From Cetorhinus maximus (lineage: Eukaryota), in contig NW_027596592.1 of NCBI RefSeq assembly GCF_964194155.1, positions 1 through 64,000 of the forward strand: a DNA stretch of 64,000 nucleotides, given 5' to 3'. This document shows, one piece after another, positions 33,695-46,565 of this stretch. Under the pieces are notes generated by a model. It made no database searches. It worked only from the letters and a program-made list of their open reading frames with translations, and was not told the DNA's origin. Position 1 is the first letter of the stretch. Each line of letters opens with the position of its first letter. Both the position numbers and the translations under genes were made by a program.

Positions 33695-34110
33695 GGTTTC
33701 AGCCAATGAGGGACATCCGGATTCAGCCCCGCCCCTCATTCACTCCGATTGGTTGGAGGATCACACGCTCACGATCGGACCTCCAGCTCCGTCCCCTCTT
33801 CCTAATGGTCCGGAGTTTCCGTCAATCCACCGGGCACGGTGATCTGGAGCATGCGCAGTGTGTGTAATGACGGTGGATGGAGGCTTGTTTGTCGGATCCA
33901 CAGGAGGTAAGATAAAAAGCGGAGTGGAGGGAAAAATAGAGCCGGTGGGTGGACGGGGAGGGTTTGTAAGCACTCGATGCGGCTCTGAACCCAAAATAAG
34001 AAACTATCTGTGGAGCGAAGGCTGCGGGATCGCGTCTCCAGCAAAAGGCCCGGGTTAACGACCGCCATCTTGAGCGGGATTAAAGTGCAGCAGGGCGCAT
34101 GCGTGGTCAT
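33695..34110 (+). promoter_or_regulatory. CpG-rich promoter of ZNF gene B
   Basis: CCAAT 33703, GC box CCCCGCCC 33727, ATTGG 33748, NRF1-like GCATGCGCA 33849 and GCGCATGCG 34095, YY1-like CCGCCATCTT 34062. Confidence 0.75.
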
Positions 34111-34976
34111 CCCTGTCAGCAGGAGGAGAGAATGTTGTGAATTTCTATCTTGGACTGACGGGGATGGATTTTGGAAACTCCTTTTACAAGGGATTGGAAG
34201 GGGAGGATTTACGCACAGCAAACTCAAAGCAAAGATCACATTAAGATCTGACTCGAGTCACTCGATTCATCAGGACCTGGATATTATCGGTCTTTGAGTT
34301 TAAGCATTGAGTTCCAGGTCATTAACACTCAATGTGTGAAATTTCTCCCTCACATTCCCCCTGTAGATCTTACCCTAAATCTTAAATCTGTGTCTGTGAT
34401 ACTTTTATGATTAGCTAATACCTTATGTTTTTTTCATTCATTCATAGGATGTGGGCTTTGTTGGATGGGCCAGCATTTATTGCCCATCCCTAGTTTCCTT
34501 TGAGGAGGTGGTGGTGAGCTGGCCCTTCTAGGTGGTGGAGGTTCAGGGTTTTGAGTTTCTGTCAAAATTCTGGTTGAGTTGTAATCCCTCTTTTTCAACC
34601 GTTCCCTCTCCCACCCCAACCCTTCTCTCTCTTCCTGTCTTCTCCCATCTAGGCCTGTGCCTTGTGTAGGCCCAGACTGGGTGGCAGATTCCCTTCCCTG
34701 AAGGACATGTGAACCAGTTGGGTTTTTATGACAATCCAGCAGTTTTCATGGTCACTTTTCCCTGGTGCCGGCCCCACAAATTACCAGATTCATTCAGCTC
34801 AATTTCACAACCTGTTTTTGTGGGTTCACTCTCACTCCCTTTTCTCTGTTTTAAATCAATTTCACAGGGTATTAGAAGGGGAGGATTTGCAGTTGGGAAA
34901 CTGAAACCAAACATCACATCAGGATCTGACAGAGTTGCCCAGTTTATCGTCACCCAGATATCATCGGAAGTTGAAC

Positions 34977-36098
34977 ATGGAAGGAAAAAGCACCGTTCAC
35001 AGTGGGGAGAAACCGTACACGTGTTCTGTGTGTGGACGAGGCTTCAACCGATCATCTAATCTGTTGAAACATAAATGCAGTCACAACAGGGAGAAACTGT
35101 GGAAATGTGGGGACTGTGGGAAGGGATTTAATTACCCATCAGAGCTGGAAAATCATCAACGAATTCACACTGGGGAGAGGCCATTCACCTGCCCTGAGTG
35201 TAGGAAGGGATTTACTTGTTCGTCCAGCCTTCTGAAACATCGGCGAGTTCACACTGGGGAGAGGCCGTTCACCTGCTCCGAGTGTGGGAAGGGATTTGCT
35301 CGCTCATCCACCCTGCTGACACACCAGCGAGTTCACACTGATGAGAGACCTTTCAAATGCCCAGACTGCGGGAAGTGCTTTAAAAGTCCCCGGGAACTGA
35401 CTGCCCATCAACGTGTTCACACTGATGAGAGGCCATTCAGGTGCTCGCACTGTGGGACTGGGTTCAAGACATTATTTAACCTCACTGTACACCAGCGAAT
35501 TCACACTGGGGAGAGCCCATTCACCTGCTCCAAGTGTGGGAAGGGATTTGCTAACGCATCCACCCTGCAGAATCACCAGAGTGTTCACACTGACGAGAGA
35601 CCTTTCAAATGTCCAGACTGTGGGAAGTGCTTTAAAAGTTCCGGGGACCTGATGATCCATCAACGTGTTCACACCGATGAGAGACCGTTCAGGTGCTCTC
35701 ACTGCGGGACTGGGTTCAGACAATCATCTCAACTCATTGTACACCAGCGAATTCACAATGGGGAGAGACCATTCACCTGCTCAGAGTGTGGGATGGGATT
35801 CACGCGCTTATCCATCCTGTTGACACACCAGCGCACGCACACAGGGGAGAGGCCATTCACCTGCTCTGAGTGTGGGAAGGGATTCACAACCACATCCTCC
35901 CTGCTGAGACACCGGCGAGTTCACACTGGGGAGAGGCCATTCAGCTGCCCCGAGTGTGGGAGGGGATTCACAACCACATCCTCCCTGCTGAGACACCAGC
36001 GAGTTCACACTGGGGAGAGGCCATTCAGCTGCCCCGAGTGTGGGAGGGGATTCATAACCTCATCCAAACTGCTGAAACATCAGCAAGTTCACAAGTGA
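34977..36098 (+). CDS. Poly-C2H2 zinc-finger gene B, 13 fingers, intact
   Basis: [22 protein letters not shown]; acceptor ttcacag at 34867; AATAAA at 36165 and 36203. Confidence 0.92.
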   Translation: MEGKSTVHSGEKPYTCSVCGRGFNRSSNLLKHKCSHNREKLWKCGDCGKGFNYPSELENHQRIHTGERPFTCPECRKGFTCSSSLLKHRRVHTGERPFTCSECGKGFARSSTLLTHQRVHTDERPFKCPDCGKCFKSPRELTAHQRVHTDERPFRCSHCGTGFKTLFNLTVHQRIHTGESPFTCSKCGKGFANASTLQNHQSVHTDERPFKCPDCGKCFKSSGDLMIHQRVHTDERPFRCSHCGTGFRQSSQLIVHQRIHNGERPFTCSECGMGFTRLSILLTHQRTHTGERPFTCSECGKGFTTTSSLLRHRRVHTGERPFSCPECGRGFTTTSSLLRHQRVHTGERPFSCPECGRGFITSSKLLKHQQVHK

Positions 36099-36279
36099 TT
36101 GGGTTTTTCTGTTCATCACATCCAGGACTGAACTGTGTCCATTTGGTCTGTTTCTGCTGATGTTAATAAACTCCAGTCCAATTAATATTCTGGATAAAGT
36201 CAAATAAATCAGCTTTGTGTTAAACTTGCACTGTGTTGAGTCTTTTTAATATCTCTAACACAAATTAGTTCCTTTTGAA

Positions 36280-38160
36280 ATGCTCTCCCTCTCTTCTGTC
36301 TCCTTCATCCACACCTCGAACAACAAGTGTGAGGAGCTCATGGAGCTTCTTTGTCACTAAGATTGAGACAATCCAATCAGCTGCTTCCCTCCTTCCACTG
36401 GCCCACCGGGTCAAACTCTTTCTAAAGCTCCCCCCTGCCCCTTGCCCTGAACCTGTGTTTTTCTCCAGTTTCGCCCCTCTCTCCCCTCTTGCCCTCTCAG
36501 AGCTCATCTTGTCAATGAGACCTGCCTTCTGCTGCCTTGACACTATTCTCACGAAACTGCTGACCATCCATTTTCTCCATGTTAGCTGATAATGTTAATG
36601 GTTCTTTCTCTTATCTGTCCCTCTTGCCTTAAAATCCACCACCATCACCCTCCTGAGAAGAAACAAACCTTTATCCCACCATCTTTACAACCTACCACCC
36701 CATCTCCAAACTCCCTTTTCTCTACAAAGTCCTTGAACTTGGTGTCCCCCAAGGATCTATCCTTGGCCCCTGCTATTTCTCATCTACCCGCTGCCACTAG
36801 GCAACATCATCCAAAAGCACGTGTTAGTTTTCACATGTACACTGACAACGCCCAGCTCTACCTCACCACCATCCCTCTCCATTCCTCCACTGTTACTAAA
36901 TTATCAAACTGCTTATCCGACACCAAGTACTGTATGAGCAGAAATTTTCTCCAATCAAAATTTGGGAAGACCAAAGCTATTGTCTTCAGTCACCACTTTG
37001 AATTGTCAAGGAACTATCAGATTTTTTTCTGATATTATTGTGGGATTTTGTAAAGCAAGCTTATGGTTCTGTGTGTGTGGCTAATTTAATTAACTAAAGA
37101 CAATTAGACTGCAAGTTTTAAATTATCAAAGGAGTGAGGTGTAAAAGAAGCATTTGAAATGGGGATGAGTGAGCTGGAATGAGGTCTCAGTGGATAAGGT
37201 GTGAAGGTAATTTACATGTTTAGATAAAGAAGGAGTTGTTTGATTTTCAAAGGGATGGTGTAATGTCTACAACTGACAAGATAAGTCAGGCAAAGTGATT
37301 GCATTTGTTTTTCCCAAAAGCGCTGGCCATAATAACAACATGAAAGATTTTTGTATTCTGGGAAAAGTAACTTCGAAAGACAAAGAAAACAATGGGATTT
37401 ACAAATCAAAAGGTATAAAATATATTTAAAGAAGGATTGAAGGTTGTGTGGGGTATGGCCATGTGAGATCTTGAAAGGTGCAACGTGTGAAACAGACTTG
37501 TGGGGGTGGGGGGTGGGGGGGGGGGGGTGTGGTGGGGGGGTGGGGGAAGCCTCTAGCTACCCTCCAGACGTTTGCTGTTCCAGTAACCAAGGTTGTGTTA
37601 AAGGCCTTTGGAATTTCACTGTCGAGTGGGTGCTTGTGGTAATAGTATTGAATGTCTTTATAAATTGGGAATCTATTTGGGCTGTTGCCTTAAAGGAAGT
37701 GTGTAGTTGGTAGTCTGGTTAAGTATGAATTTTGCGAAATGCTATTAGATTAAGTAACTGTGTAACCGTGATTTTGTGTGTGTGTGTGTTTAAGTTTTTT
37801 CTTCTTTTGTTAATAAATACTTTAAATTAATCTTTAAAATCTCTGAAGGTGGCCGTGAACTCATTACTTCTGACTTCAGTGCACAAGCCTCCTTGTAATA
37901 AATGCAAATAGAAAAATCATTGTGATAGTTTGGCCAAGTCTCCCTTGTGGATTTGATCAGCCTGGAAAATTCTGTTCCATAACGGCCGTGTGCATCCCTC
38001 TCCCTGGGAACTGTCTGAGGCTCAACCACACTGTTCACAGTCCTGGTGTCAGATTTAACCCCAAGATAAGTTTCTGACCACATATCCACACCATCACTAA
38101 CACCAGATATTTCAATCTCCATAATGTCGCCTGTCTCCACCCCACCCCAGCTCACATGGG
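36280..38160 (+). mobile_element. L2-type LINE fragments, interrupted by an LTR-like insert
   Basis: FHMYTDNAQLYL..MSRNFLQ..GKTKAIVF; the L2 sequence resumes near 37990. Confidence 0.75.
37004..37984. mobile_element. Probable solo LTR inserted in L2
   Basis: ~980 bp insert starting TGT and ending ATAAC, with TATA-like TATAAAA/TATATTTAAA and AATAAA; L2 sequence on both sides. Confidence 0.45.
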
Positions 38161-38164
38161 ACAC

Positions 38165-38555
38165 TTGCCTTTATTAACCGAGGCACAGAATATAAAAGCA
38201 GGGAGGTTATGTTGGAGCTGTATAAAATGCGAGTTAGGCCACAGCTGGAGTGCTGTGTGCAATTCTGGTCACCAAACTATAGGAAGGATGTGATTGCACT
38301 GGAGAGGGTGCAGAGGAGATTCACCAGGATGTTGCCTGGGCTGGAGCGTTTCAGCTATGAAGAGAGACTGGATAGGCGAGGGTTGTTTTCCTTGGAGCAG
38401 CGAAGGCTGAGGGGGGACCTGATAGGGGTGTACAAAATTATGAGGGGCATAGATCGGGTAGATAGGAAGAAACATTTTCCATTAGCGGTGGTGTCAAAAA
38501 CCAGGGGGCATAAATTGAAAATAAAGGGCAGGGGGTTTAGAGGGGATTTAAGGAA
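38165..38555 (+). mobile_element. CR1 LINE fragment
   Basis: LYKMRVRPQLECCVQFWSP..LERVQRRFTRMLPG. Confidence 0.85.
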
Positions 38556-38799
38556 CCAACAAGATCCCACAAGCAATCTGATAATGAGCAGATAATCTGT
38601 ATTTGTGATGTTGATTTGAGTGTGGAAGGGGATGTGTAAAGAGCTGGTCATTGTATAGAGATGTGAACCAAGGAAATGGTACCTGTGTGTAATAGTGACA
38701 CAGCCTTGTGCTCACACTCAGAACAATACACAGATGTCGTTGTGGTTATGGTTTGAACAGGGCCAGATGACGAATGTGGTGAACAAGTTAAATATAAAT

Positions 38800-39200
38800 A
38801 TCTCTAGTGTAGCTGCAGCTTCTTAGATCAGAGCTGGGGAGAAGAGAGCTCCGAATCCACTGCATTATCTTCCCATGGAGAGGTTGTGCAGTCAGTAGTT
38901 TAGTGGGAATAGTGTCAATGGAGCAGGAGGTGTGTCTCATGGACAAGATGAGAGGGCATGAGGGGAGGTGGGAGAGAAACTAGAGGAAGATGTGAGTTCA
39001 GAGCTCAGTATAAGGGGAACTTTAGGGGAGGTTTGGCCCAGTAGGTTAGGGGAAGAGAGGGAAACAACAGAGGCAGCTGGTTGGATTGTCTCAATTTTAG
39101 TGACAAAGAAGACCATGAGCTGCCCCTCCATGAGCATTTGTTGGGGGTGAGGATGGAGGAGACAGGGGAGAGGGAGAGCAATTCAAAAGGAGCTAACACG
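38800..39200 (-). mobile_element. L2-type LINE fragment
   Basis: FFVTKIETIQ motif, homologous to the 36.3 kb copy. Confidence 0.65.
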
Positions 39201-39375
39201 TTAGAGATATTAAAATGACTCAACATATTGTGTAATTTAAAACAAAGCTGATTTATTTAACTTTTATCCAGAATATTAATCCCTATAACTGGGCTGGAGT
39301 TCATTTACATCAGCAGAAATAAACTAGGAACGTAGTTCAGTTCTAAGTGTGATTAACAGCAAAATTCAAGCACTA

Positions 39376-39652
39376 AGTTTTTTTACTTATTCGTTCATGG
39401 GATGTGGGTGTTGCTGGTGTCACTGGCTGGGCCAGCATTTATTGCGCATCCCTAATTTCCCTTGAGAAGGTGCTGGTGAGCTGCCTTCTTGAATCACTGC
39501 AGTCCATGTGGGATAGGTACACCCACAGTGCTGTTAGGAAAGGGGTTCCTGGATTTTCTTCTAGTGACAGTGAAGGAACGGCGATATAGTTCCAAGTCAG
39601 GATGGCGTGGGGCTTGGTGGGAAACATGAAGATGGTGGCGTTCTCATGCATC
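39376..39652 (-). mobile_element. LINE 3' fragment inserted at the stop codon of ZNF gene C
   Basis: Same tail family as at 9.3 kb and 50.0 kb; the ZNF 3'UTR resumes beyond its A-tail. Confidence 0.75.
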
Positions 39653-40351
39653 TTTGTGAACTCGCTGGTGTCTCAGCAGGGTGGATGAGTGAGCAAATCC
39701 CTTCTGACATACGGTGCATGTGAATGGCCTCTCCCCAGTGTGAACTCGCTGGTGCTCCAGCTGGTTGGATAATGTAGTGAATCCCTTTCCACACAAGGAG
39801 CAGGTGAACGGCCTCTCACCAGCATGAATGCGCTGGTGTGTCAGCAGGTTGGCTAACTGAGTGAATCCCTTCCCACACTCGGAGCAGGTGAATGGCCTCT
39901 CTCCAGTGTGAACTCGCTGGTGTACAGTGAGGTCAGATAATTGCCTGAACCCAGTATGGCACCGAGAGCACCTGAATGGCCTCTCATCAGTGTGAATACG
40001 TTGATGGCGCATCAGTTCACCAGAACTTTTATAGCACTTCCCACAGTCTGGGCATTTAAAAGGTTTCTCGTCAGAGTGAACTCGCTGGTGAGCCAACAGG
40101 TTACATGACAGAGTGAATCCCTTCCCACACTCGGAGCAGGTGAATGGCTTCTCCCCGGTGTGACTGCGCCGATGAGATTCCAGCTGAACTGGAAAATTGA
40201 ATCCTTTCCCACAGTCCTCACATTTACAGGCTTTCTCCTCAGTGTGACTGCGCTTGTGTCTCGACAGGTCAGATGATCGGTTGAAGCCTCGTCCACACAC
40301 AGAACACGTGTATGGTTTCTCCCAACTGTGAATGGTGTTTTTTCCTTCCAT
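39644..40351 (-). CDS. Poly-C2H2 zinc-finger gene C, 8 fingers
   Basis: [24 protein letters not shown]; paralog of genes B and E. Confidence 0.9.
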   Translation of the reverse strand: MEGKNTIHSWEKPYTCSVCGRGFNRSSDLSRHKRSHTEEKACKCEDCGKGFNFPVQLESHRRSHTGEKPFTCSECGKGFTLSCNLLAHQRVHSDEKPFKCPDCGKCYKSSGELMRHQRIHTDERPFRCSRCHTGFRQLSDLTVHQRVHTGERPFTCSECGKGFTQLANLLTHQRIHAGERPFTCSLCGKGFTTLSNQLEHQRVHTGERPFTCTVCQKGFAHSSTLLRHQRVHKDA

Positions 40352-40889
40352 GTTCAAAATCCGACAATATTCAGGTTACGATAAATTCTGCAACTCTGTT
40401 AGATCCTGAAGTGATTTTGGGTTTGAATTTCCTGACTGTAAATTCTTCCCCTCCAATACCCTGTGAAATTGACTTAAAACAGAGAAAAGGGAGTGAGCAA
40501 GAGAACCCACAAAGACAGATTGTGAAATTGAGCTGAATGAATCTGGTAATTTGTGGGGCCGGCACTAGGGAAAAGTGACCATGAAAACTGCTGGATTGTC
40601 ATAAAAACCCAACTGGTTCACTAATGTCCTTCAGGGAAAGGGATCCACCATCTCATCTGGATCTGGACTCTGGCTTCTAAGGGAGAACAGGCAGACTTTG
40701 AGATGTGGGAGCATTAGGGGGCAAAGGAGAGGGATTTTATATATCCACAACTCAACCTAAACTTTGACAGAAACTTCCAAACCCTCAACTTCTACCATCT
40801 GGAAGAACCAGAGAAGCAGGTGTATATGAAAACCATCACTTCCAAGTTCCCCTCCAAGTTGAAACTGTCCTGACTTGTCTGACTCCTAG

Positions 40890-41670
40890 TACTGGATGAA
40901 CAGAAATTTCCTCCAGTTAAATATCGTGAAGACCAAAGACATTGTCTTCAGTCCCTGCTCTAAACTATTCCATAGCCACTGACTTCATTCCTCTCCCTGG
41001 CAACTGTCCCAGGCTGGACAAGACTGGGCACAATCTCAGTGTCATGTTTCCCCCCAGCTGATCTCCTGACCACAGAACACTGCCTATTTCCACCTCAGTA
41101 ATCTCACCTGCTTTGCCCCTGAGTCAGCTAATCTGCTTCTGAAACTCTCATCCATTCCACTCCCTAAATTTGACTATTCTAATTCATCCCACATTCAACT
41201 TCTCTGTAAAGCTGAGATCATCCAAAACTCTGCTACCCGTCACTACTCTGCTCACTGAGCTACTTAGGCTTCAGGTTGAGCAGTGCTTCAAATCTTAATA
41301 CTTTTATCTGTTTCCAATTCTCTCCAAAGCTTTACCCACCCCTATTTCTGTCATCTCCTCCAGCCCCACAGCCCTCTGAGATCTCTGTGCTCATCTAATT
41401 CCGGTCTTTTCAGCATCCCCATTTTCAGTTCCTTCAGTGTTCGTGGCTGGGCCAAAGGCAAAAACTCACAATATCCCTCATGAAATCTCTCCACCTCTGT
41501 AACTTACTTTCCTCAATAAGACACTCTTTCAAACCTACCTCTTTGACCAAACTTTTGACTTTCTTCCCTGATATCTCTGTGTGTCTCGGTGTCAGATGTT
41601 GCTTTGTAAAGCTTCCATAAAACACCCTGGAATGTTTGCTTACATCAAAGGCACTATTTAAATGTAAGTC
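40890..41670 (+). mobile_element. L2 LINE 3' part
   Basis: WMNRNFLQLN..KT motif and L2-type terminus AAAGGCACTATTTAAATGTAAGT. Confidence 0.75.
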
Positions 41671-42360
41671 AGTGTTACAGACTTGGACACATATCACCGT
41701 TATAAATGTAAGTCAGTGTTACAGACTTGGACACATATCACCGTTATAAATGTAAGTCAGTGTTACAGATTTGGACACACATCACCGTTATAAATGTAAT
41801 TCAGTGTTACAGATTTGGACACACATCACCGTTATAAATGTAAGTCAGTGTTACAGACTGGGACACACATCACCGTTATAAATGTAAGTCAGTGTTACAG
41901 ATTTGGACACACATCACCGTTATAAATGTAATTCAGTGTTACAGATTTGGACACACATCACCGTTATAAATGTAAGTCAATGTTACAGACTTGGACACAC
42001 ATCACCGTTATAAATGTAAGTCAGTGTTACAGACTGGGACACACATCACCGTTCTAAATGTAAGTCAGTGTTACAGACTGGGACACACATCACCGTTATA
42101 AATGTAAGTCAATGTTACAGATTTGGACACACATCACCGTTATAAATGTAAGTCAATGTTACAGATTTGGACACACATCACCGTTATAAATGTAAGTCAA
42201 TGTTACAGATTTGGACACACATCACCGTTATAAATGTAAGTCAATGTTACAGATTTGGACACACATCACTGTTATAAATGTAAGTCAGTGTTACAGACTG
42301 GGACACACATCACCGTTCTAAATGTAAGTCAGTGTTACAGACTGGGACACCCATCACTGT
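41659..42360. repeat. 44-bp minisatellite, about 16 copies
   Basis: TAAATGTAAGTCAGTGTTACAGA[C/T]T[T/G]GGACACACATCACCGTTA at 44-bp period (41659, 41703, ...). Confidence 0.95.
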
Positions 42361-42579
42361 TGCTTCATCACTGGATGAAGATCCTCTCAGTCTTTACCTA
42401 ACAGTTTTGTGGAAGCCCCTTCACCACACGGGCTGCAGCGGTTCAAGAACAAAACCCACCATCAATTTCTCAACAGGAAACTGGGGATTGGCAATATGAG
42501 CTGCCTTGCTACTGATTCCTATAAGCCCATCATAAATTAAAAGTATCTGCCTGTGTGAAATGGATTAACAGCTCCTACA

Positions 42580-43020
42580 GGAATCCTTGTTCCTCCCGCT
42601 CCCGGCCGCTCCCATTCAGACTCCAGGTACCGCGCTCACTCTCACTGAGGCTGCGCTCAGCCTGGAGCAACACTGCGCATGCTCCGCTCGGACAGGCGGC
42701 TTCCGGGGGCGGAGCATTCCTGCGCCTGCGCGTTATGGCCCTTCTGATGGAGATATGGCGTATTCACTCGCGCGGAGCATTCTGGGTCTCCTTATCCGCC
42801 ATCATTCAAAAAGCGTCCGGAGGGTGAGAAGTCTGTTCCAGTACTTCTGATACAATCCGTTGTTTACACCGAGAGGTCCGACACTGTTGATGTTCCTGCC
42901 AGTGACAAGTCCGGGTTAGCAGCCGCCATCTTTATAGGGATAATGTGCAGCCTGGCGCATGCGCAGCCGCTATCTCTATAGCGGCAGGGCGCAGGCGCGG
43001 CCATCCTAGGACCGGATGCA
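42580..43020. promoter_or_regulatory. Probable bidirectional CpG promoter between ZNF genes C (-) and D (+)
   Basis: NRF1-like TGCGCATGC 42674, TGCGCCTGCGCG 42721, GCGCATGCGC 42956; YY1-like GCCGCCATCTT near 42922; GC box GGGGCGGAG. Confidence 0.7.
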
Positions 43021-43489
43021 GGAAGAAAAGATGTTGTGAATTTCTAACCTGGACTCAGTGAAACTTCCCTGGAAACTCCTTTTACAGGAGTTAGAACAGG
43101 AGGATTCCCAAGCGGGAACCTCAAACCAAATATCATGTTATGATCTGACAGTTACTCGATTCATCAGGACCTGAATATCATCGTCCTCTGAATGTGGAAG
43201 GTGAAATGTCTGTGGGCAAAGATTTCAGATATTAGAGAGACTGGGAAACTTTTAATGATCTTTTCAGGTTAAATTTGAGACCAATTCCATCGATCTCGTT
43301 GGGAATGTTGAAGAATTTGTTGCATGCAGACAAATTACCTCGTGTGCTTAAATAAACATACTTGGCAGCTAAAATGGGCAAACCGTTGAGCTGTGTTATT
43401 AGTGAGAGTTACAGTCCCAGTTTTGGGTAAAGTTTGTTGTCCATGTCGCAATTCATTCAGTCCGCCGTGTCCGTGATAACCAACTAGTA

Positions 43490-45120
43490 GTCATCCAGCC
43501 AGATCCCAATTTCCAGTTCTTGGTCTGTAGCCTTGCAGGTTACATCATTTCAAGTGTACATCCAAATACCTAGAGCCACAGAGCTATACAGCACAGAAAC
43601 AGGCCCTTTGGCCTATCATGTCTGCCCCGGTCATCAAGCCCCTTTCTGCTCTAATCTAATTTTCCAACACTTGACCCGTAGCCCTGTATGCTATGACTTT
43701 TCAAATGTTCATCTAAATACTTCTTAAATGTTTTGAGGGTTCCCACCCTTTCAGGCAGTGAGCTCCATATACCCCCCACTCTCTGGGTGAAAAGATTTTT
43801 CCTCAAATCCTTTACCTTAAATCTATGTCCCCTGGTTATTGACCCTCCACTAAGGGGAAAAGTTTCTTCCTATCTACCCTATCTATTCCCCACATAATTT
43901 TGTACACCCCAATCAGGTCCCTCCTCAGCCTTCTCTGTTCTAAGAAAAATAACCCCAGCCTATCCAGTCTCTGAAACATCCAGCCGAGGCAACATCCTGG
44001 TGAACTTCCTCTGCACCCTCTCCAGTGCAATCAAATCCTTCCTACAGTGTGGCGACCAGAACTGCATACACTGCTCCAGATGTGGCCTAACTAATGCTTT
44101 ATACAGCTCCATCATAATGTCCTTGCTCTTGTATTCAATGCCTTGACTAATAAAGACAAATATCCAATATGCCTTCTTAACCACGTTATACACCTGTCCT
44201 GCTGCCTTCAAAGATCTATGGACATGCACACAAAGGTCCCTCTGATCCTTTCTACTTCCTAAAGTCCTATCATTCTCATGTACTCCCTTGCCTTGTTAGT
44301 CCTCCCAAAATGCATCACCTCACATTTTCAGGATTAAATTCCACTTGCCACTGTTCTTCCCATCTGACAGCCCATCTATATTGCCCTGTGGTCTAAAGCT
44401 TTCCTCCTCGCTATTTCCCACACCACCGATTTTCATTTCATCTGCGAACTTCCTGATCATAGCTCCTAGATTCATGTCTAGATCATTAATGTACACTTTT
44501 TAAATGTTATGAGGCTTTCTGCATCTACCATCCTTTCAGGCAGCGGGTTACAGCTCCCCTCTGGGTGAAAAAGAATTCCCTCATTTCCCCTCTATACCTC
44601 CTACTTCTTTCCCCTCATTATGGACCCCTCAACCAAAGGGAATAGTGCCTTCCTATCCAATCTATCTAAACCCCTCATAATTTTATACATTTCCTTTAAG
44701 TCTCCCCTCAACCTCCTCTGCTCCAAAGAAAACAACCCCAGCCTATCCAATCTTACCTCAGAGCTAAAATTCTCCATTCCTGGCACATCTTCTTATATCC
44801 CCCCTGTACTCTCTCTGGTGTGATCACATCCTTCCTGTACTGTACACAGTACTCTAGCTCTGGCCTAACTAGTGTTTTACGCAGTTCAAGCAGAACCTTA
44901 CTGCTCCTATATTCAATGCCTTGGCTAATAGGGATAAATATCCTGTAGGTTTTCTTAATCACCATATCTACCTGTCCTGCTACCTTCAGGCTCCAAGATC
45001 TCTCTGTTCCTCTACAATTCTCAGTATCCTTCCATTTATCATGTAATCCTTTGCCTTGTTTTCCCTACAGCTTTCTTCCTCATTATCAAACACACAACCA
45101 TTTTTGTATCATCAGCAAAC
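43490..45120 (-). mobile_element. Nested CR1 LINE 3' fragments
   Basis: ELYKALVRPHLE..LERVQRKFTRMLP; two overlapping copies. Confidence 0.85.
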
Positions 45121-45129
45121 TTCCTGTTC

Positions 45130-46565
45130 ATGTCCATTAGATTGGAAAATAGCAAATATAACTCCTTTATTCAAAAAGGGAGGGAGACAGAAAGCAGGAG
45201 GCTATAGATCAGTTAGCCTAACATCTGTCATAGGGAAGATATTAGACGCTATTATTAACAATGTTATAGCAGGGCACTTAGAATAATTCAAGGCAATCAG
45301 GAAGAGTCAACATGGAAATCATGTTTAACCAATTTATTGGAGTCCTTTGAAGGACTCACATGTGCTGCGGATAAAGGGGACGCAGTGGATGTACTGTACT
45401 TAGATTTCCAGACGGCATTTGGTAAAGTGCCACATCAAAGGTTATTACAGAAAATAAAAGATCTTGGTGTAGGGGGTAACATATTGGCATGGATAGAAGA
45501 TTGGCTAGCTAACAAGAAGCAGAGAGTTGGCATAAATGGGTCTTTTTCTGGTTGGCAGAATGTAATGAGTGCTGTGCCATAGGGATCAGTGCTGGGGCCA
45601 CGCCTATTTACAATTTATATAAATGACATGGATGAAGGAACCAGAGCAATGATCTCTAAATTTGCTGACAACACAAAGATAGGTAGGAAAGTTAATTGTG
45701 AAGTGGACGTAAGTAGGCTACAAAGTGAAATAGATAGGTTAAGTGAGTGGGCAAAGATCTGGAAAATGGAGTATAATGTGGGTAAATGAGAAATCATTCA
45801 TTTTGGCAGGAAGAATAAAAAAGAAGCTTATTATCTAAATGGTGAGAGATTGCAGAGCTCTGAGATTCAGAGGGATCTGGGCGTCCAAGTGCATGAACCA
45901 GAAAAGGCTGATGTGCAGGTACAACAGGTAATTAGGAAAGCTAATAGAATATTATAGTTTATTGTGAGGGGAATTGATTACAAAAGTAGGGAGGTGATGC
46001 TTCAGTTGTACAGGGCATTGGTGAGACCACATCTGGAGTATTGTGTACAGTACTGATCTCCTTACTTAAAGAAAGATGTAAATGCATTGGAAGCAGTTCA
46101 GCGACTAATACCAGGAATATCTTATGAGGAAAGGCTGGACAGGTTAGGCTTGTATCCACTGGAATTTAGAAGAGTAAGAGGTGACTTAATTGAAACGTTT
46201 ATGATCCTGAGGGGTCTTGACAGGGTGAATGTGGAGAGGATGTTTCCTCTTGTGGGAGAATCTAGTCACCTTTTAAAAATAAGGGGTCGCTCATTTAAGA
46301 CAGAGATGAGGAGAAATTTTTTCTCTCAGAGGGTTGTGAGTCTTTGGAGCTCTCTTCCTCAAAAGGCAGTGGAAGCAGAGTCTTTGAATATTTTTAAGGC
46401 AGAGCTCGATAGATTCTTGATTAACAAGGGTGTGAAAGGTTATCGGGGGTAGGCAGGAATATGGGGTTGAGGTTACAATCAGATCAGCCATGATCTTATT
46501 GAGTGGCAGAGCAGGCTTGAGGGGCCGAGTGGCCTATTCCGGCTCCTAATTTGTTTGTTCGTATT
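45130..46565 (+). mobile_element. CR1 LINE (RT region to 3' tail), degenerate
   Basis: DWKIANITPLFKKG, YLDFQTAF, SKFADNTK and CR1 tail. Confidence 0.9.

Noticed and set aside
41659-42360. CRISPR-like regular array
   Set aside because: No unique spacers, contiguous 44-bp units, eukaryotic context and no cas genes.
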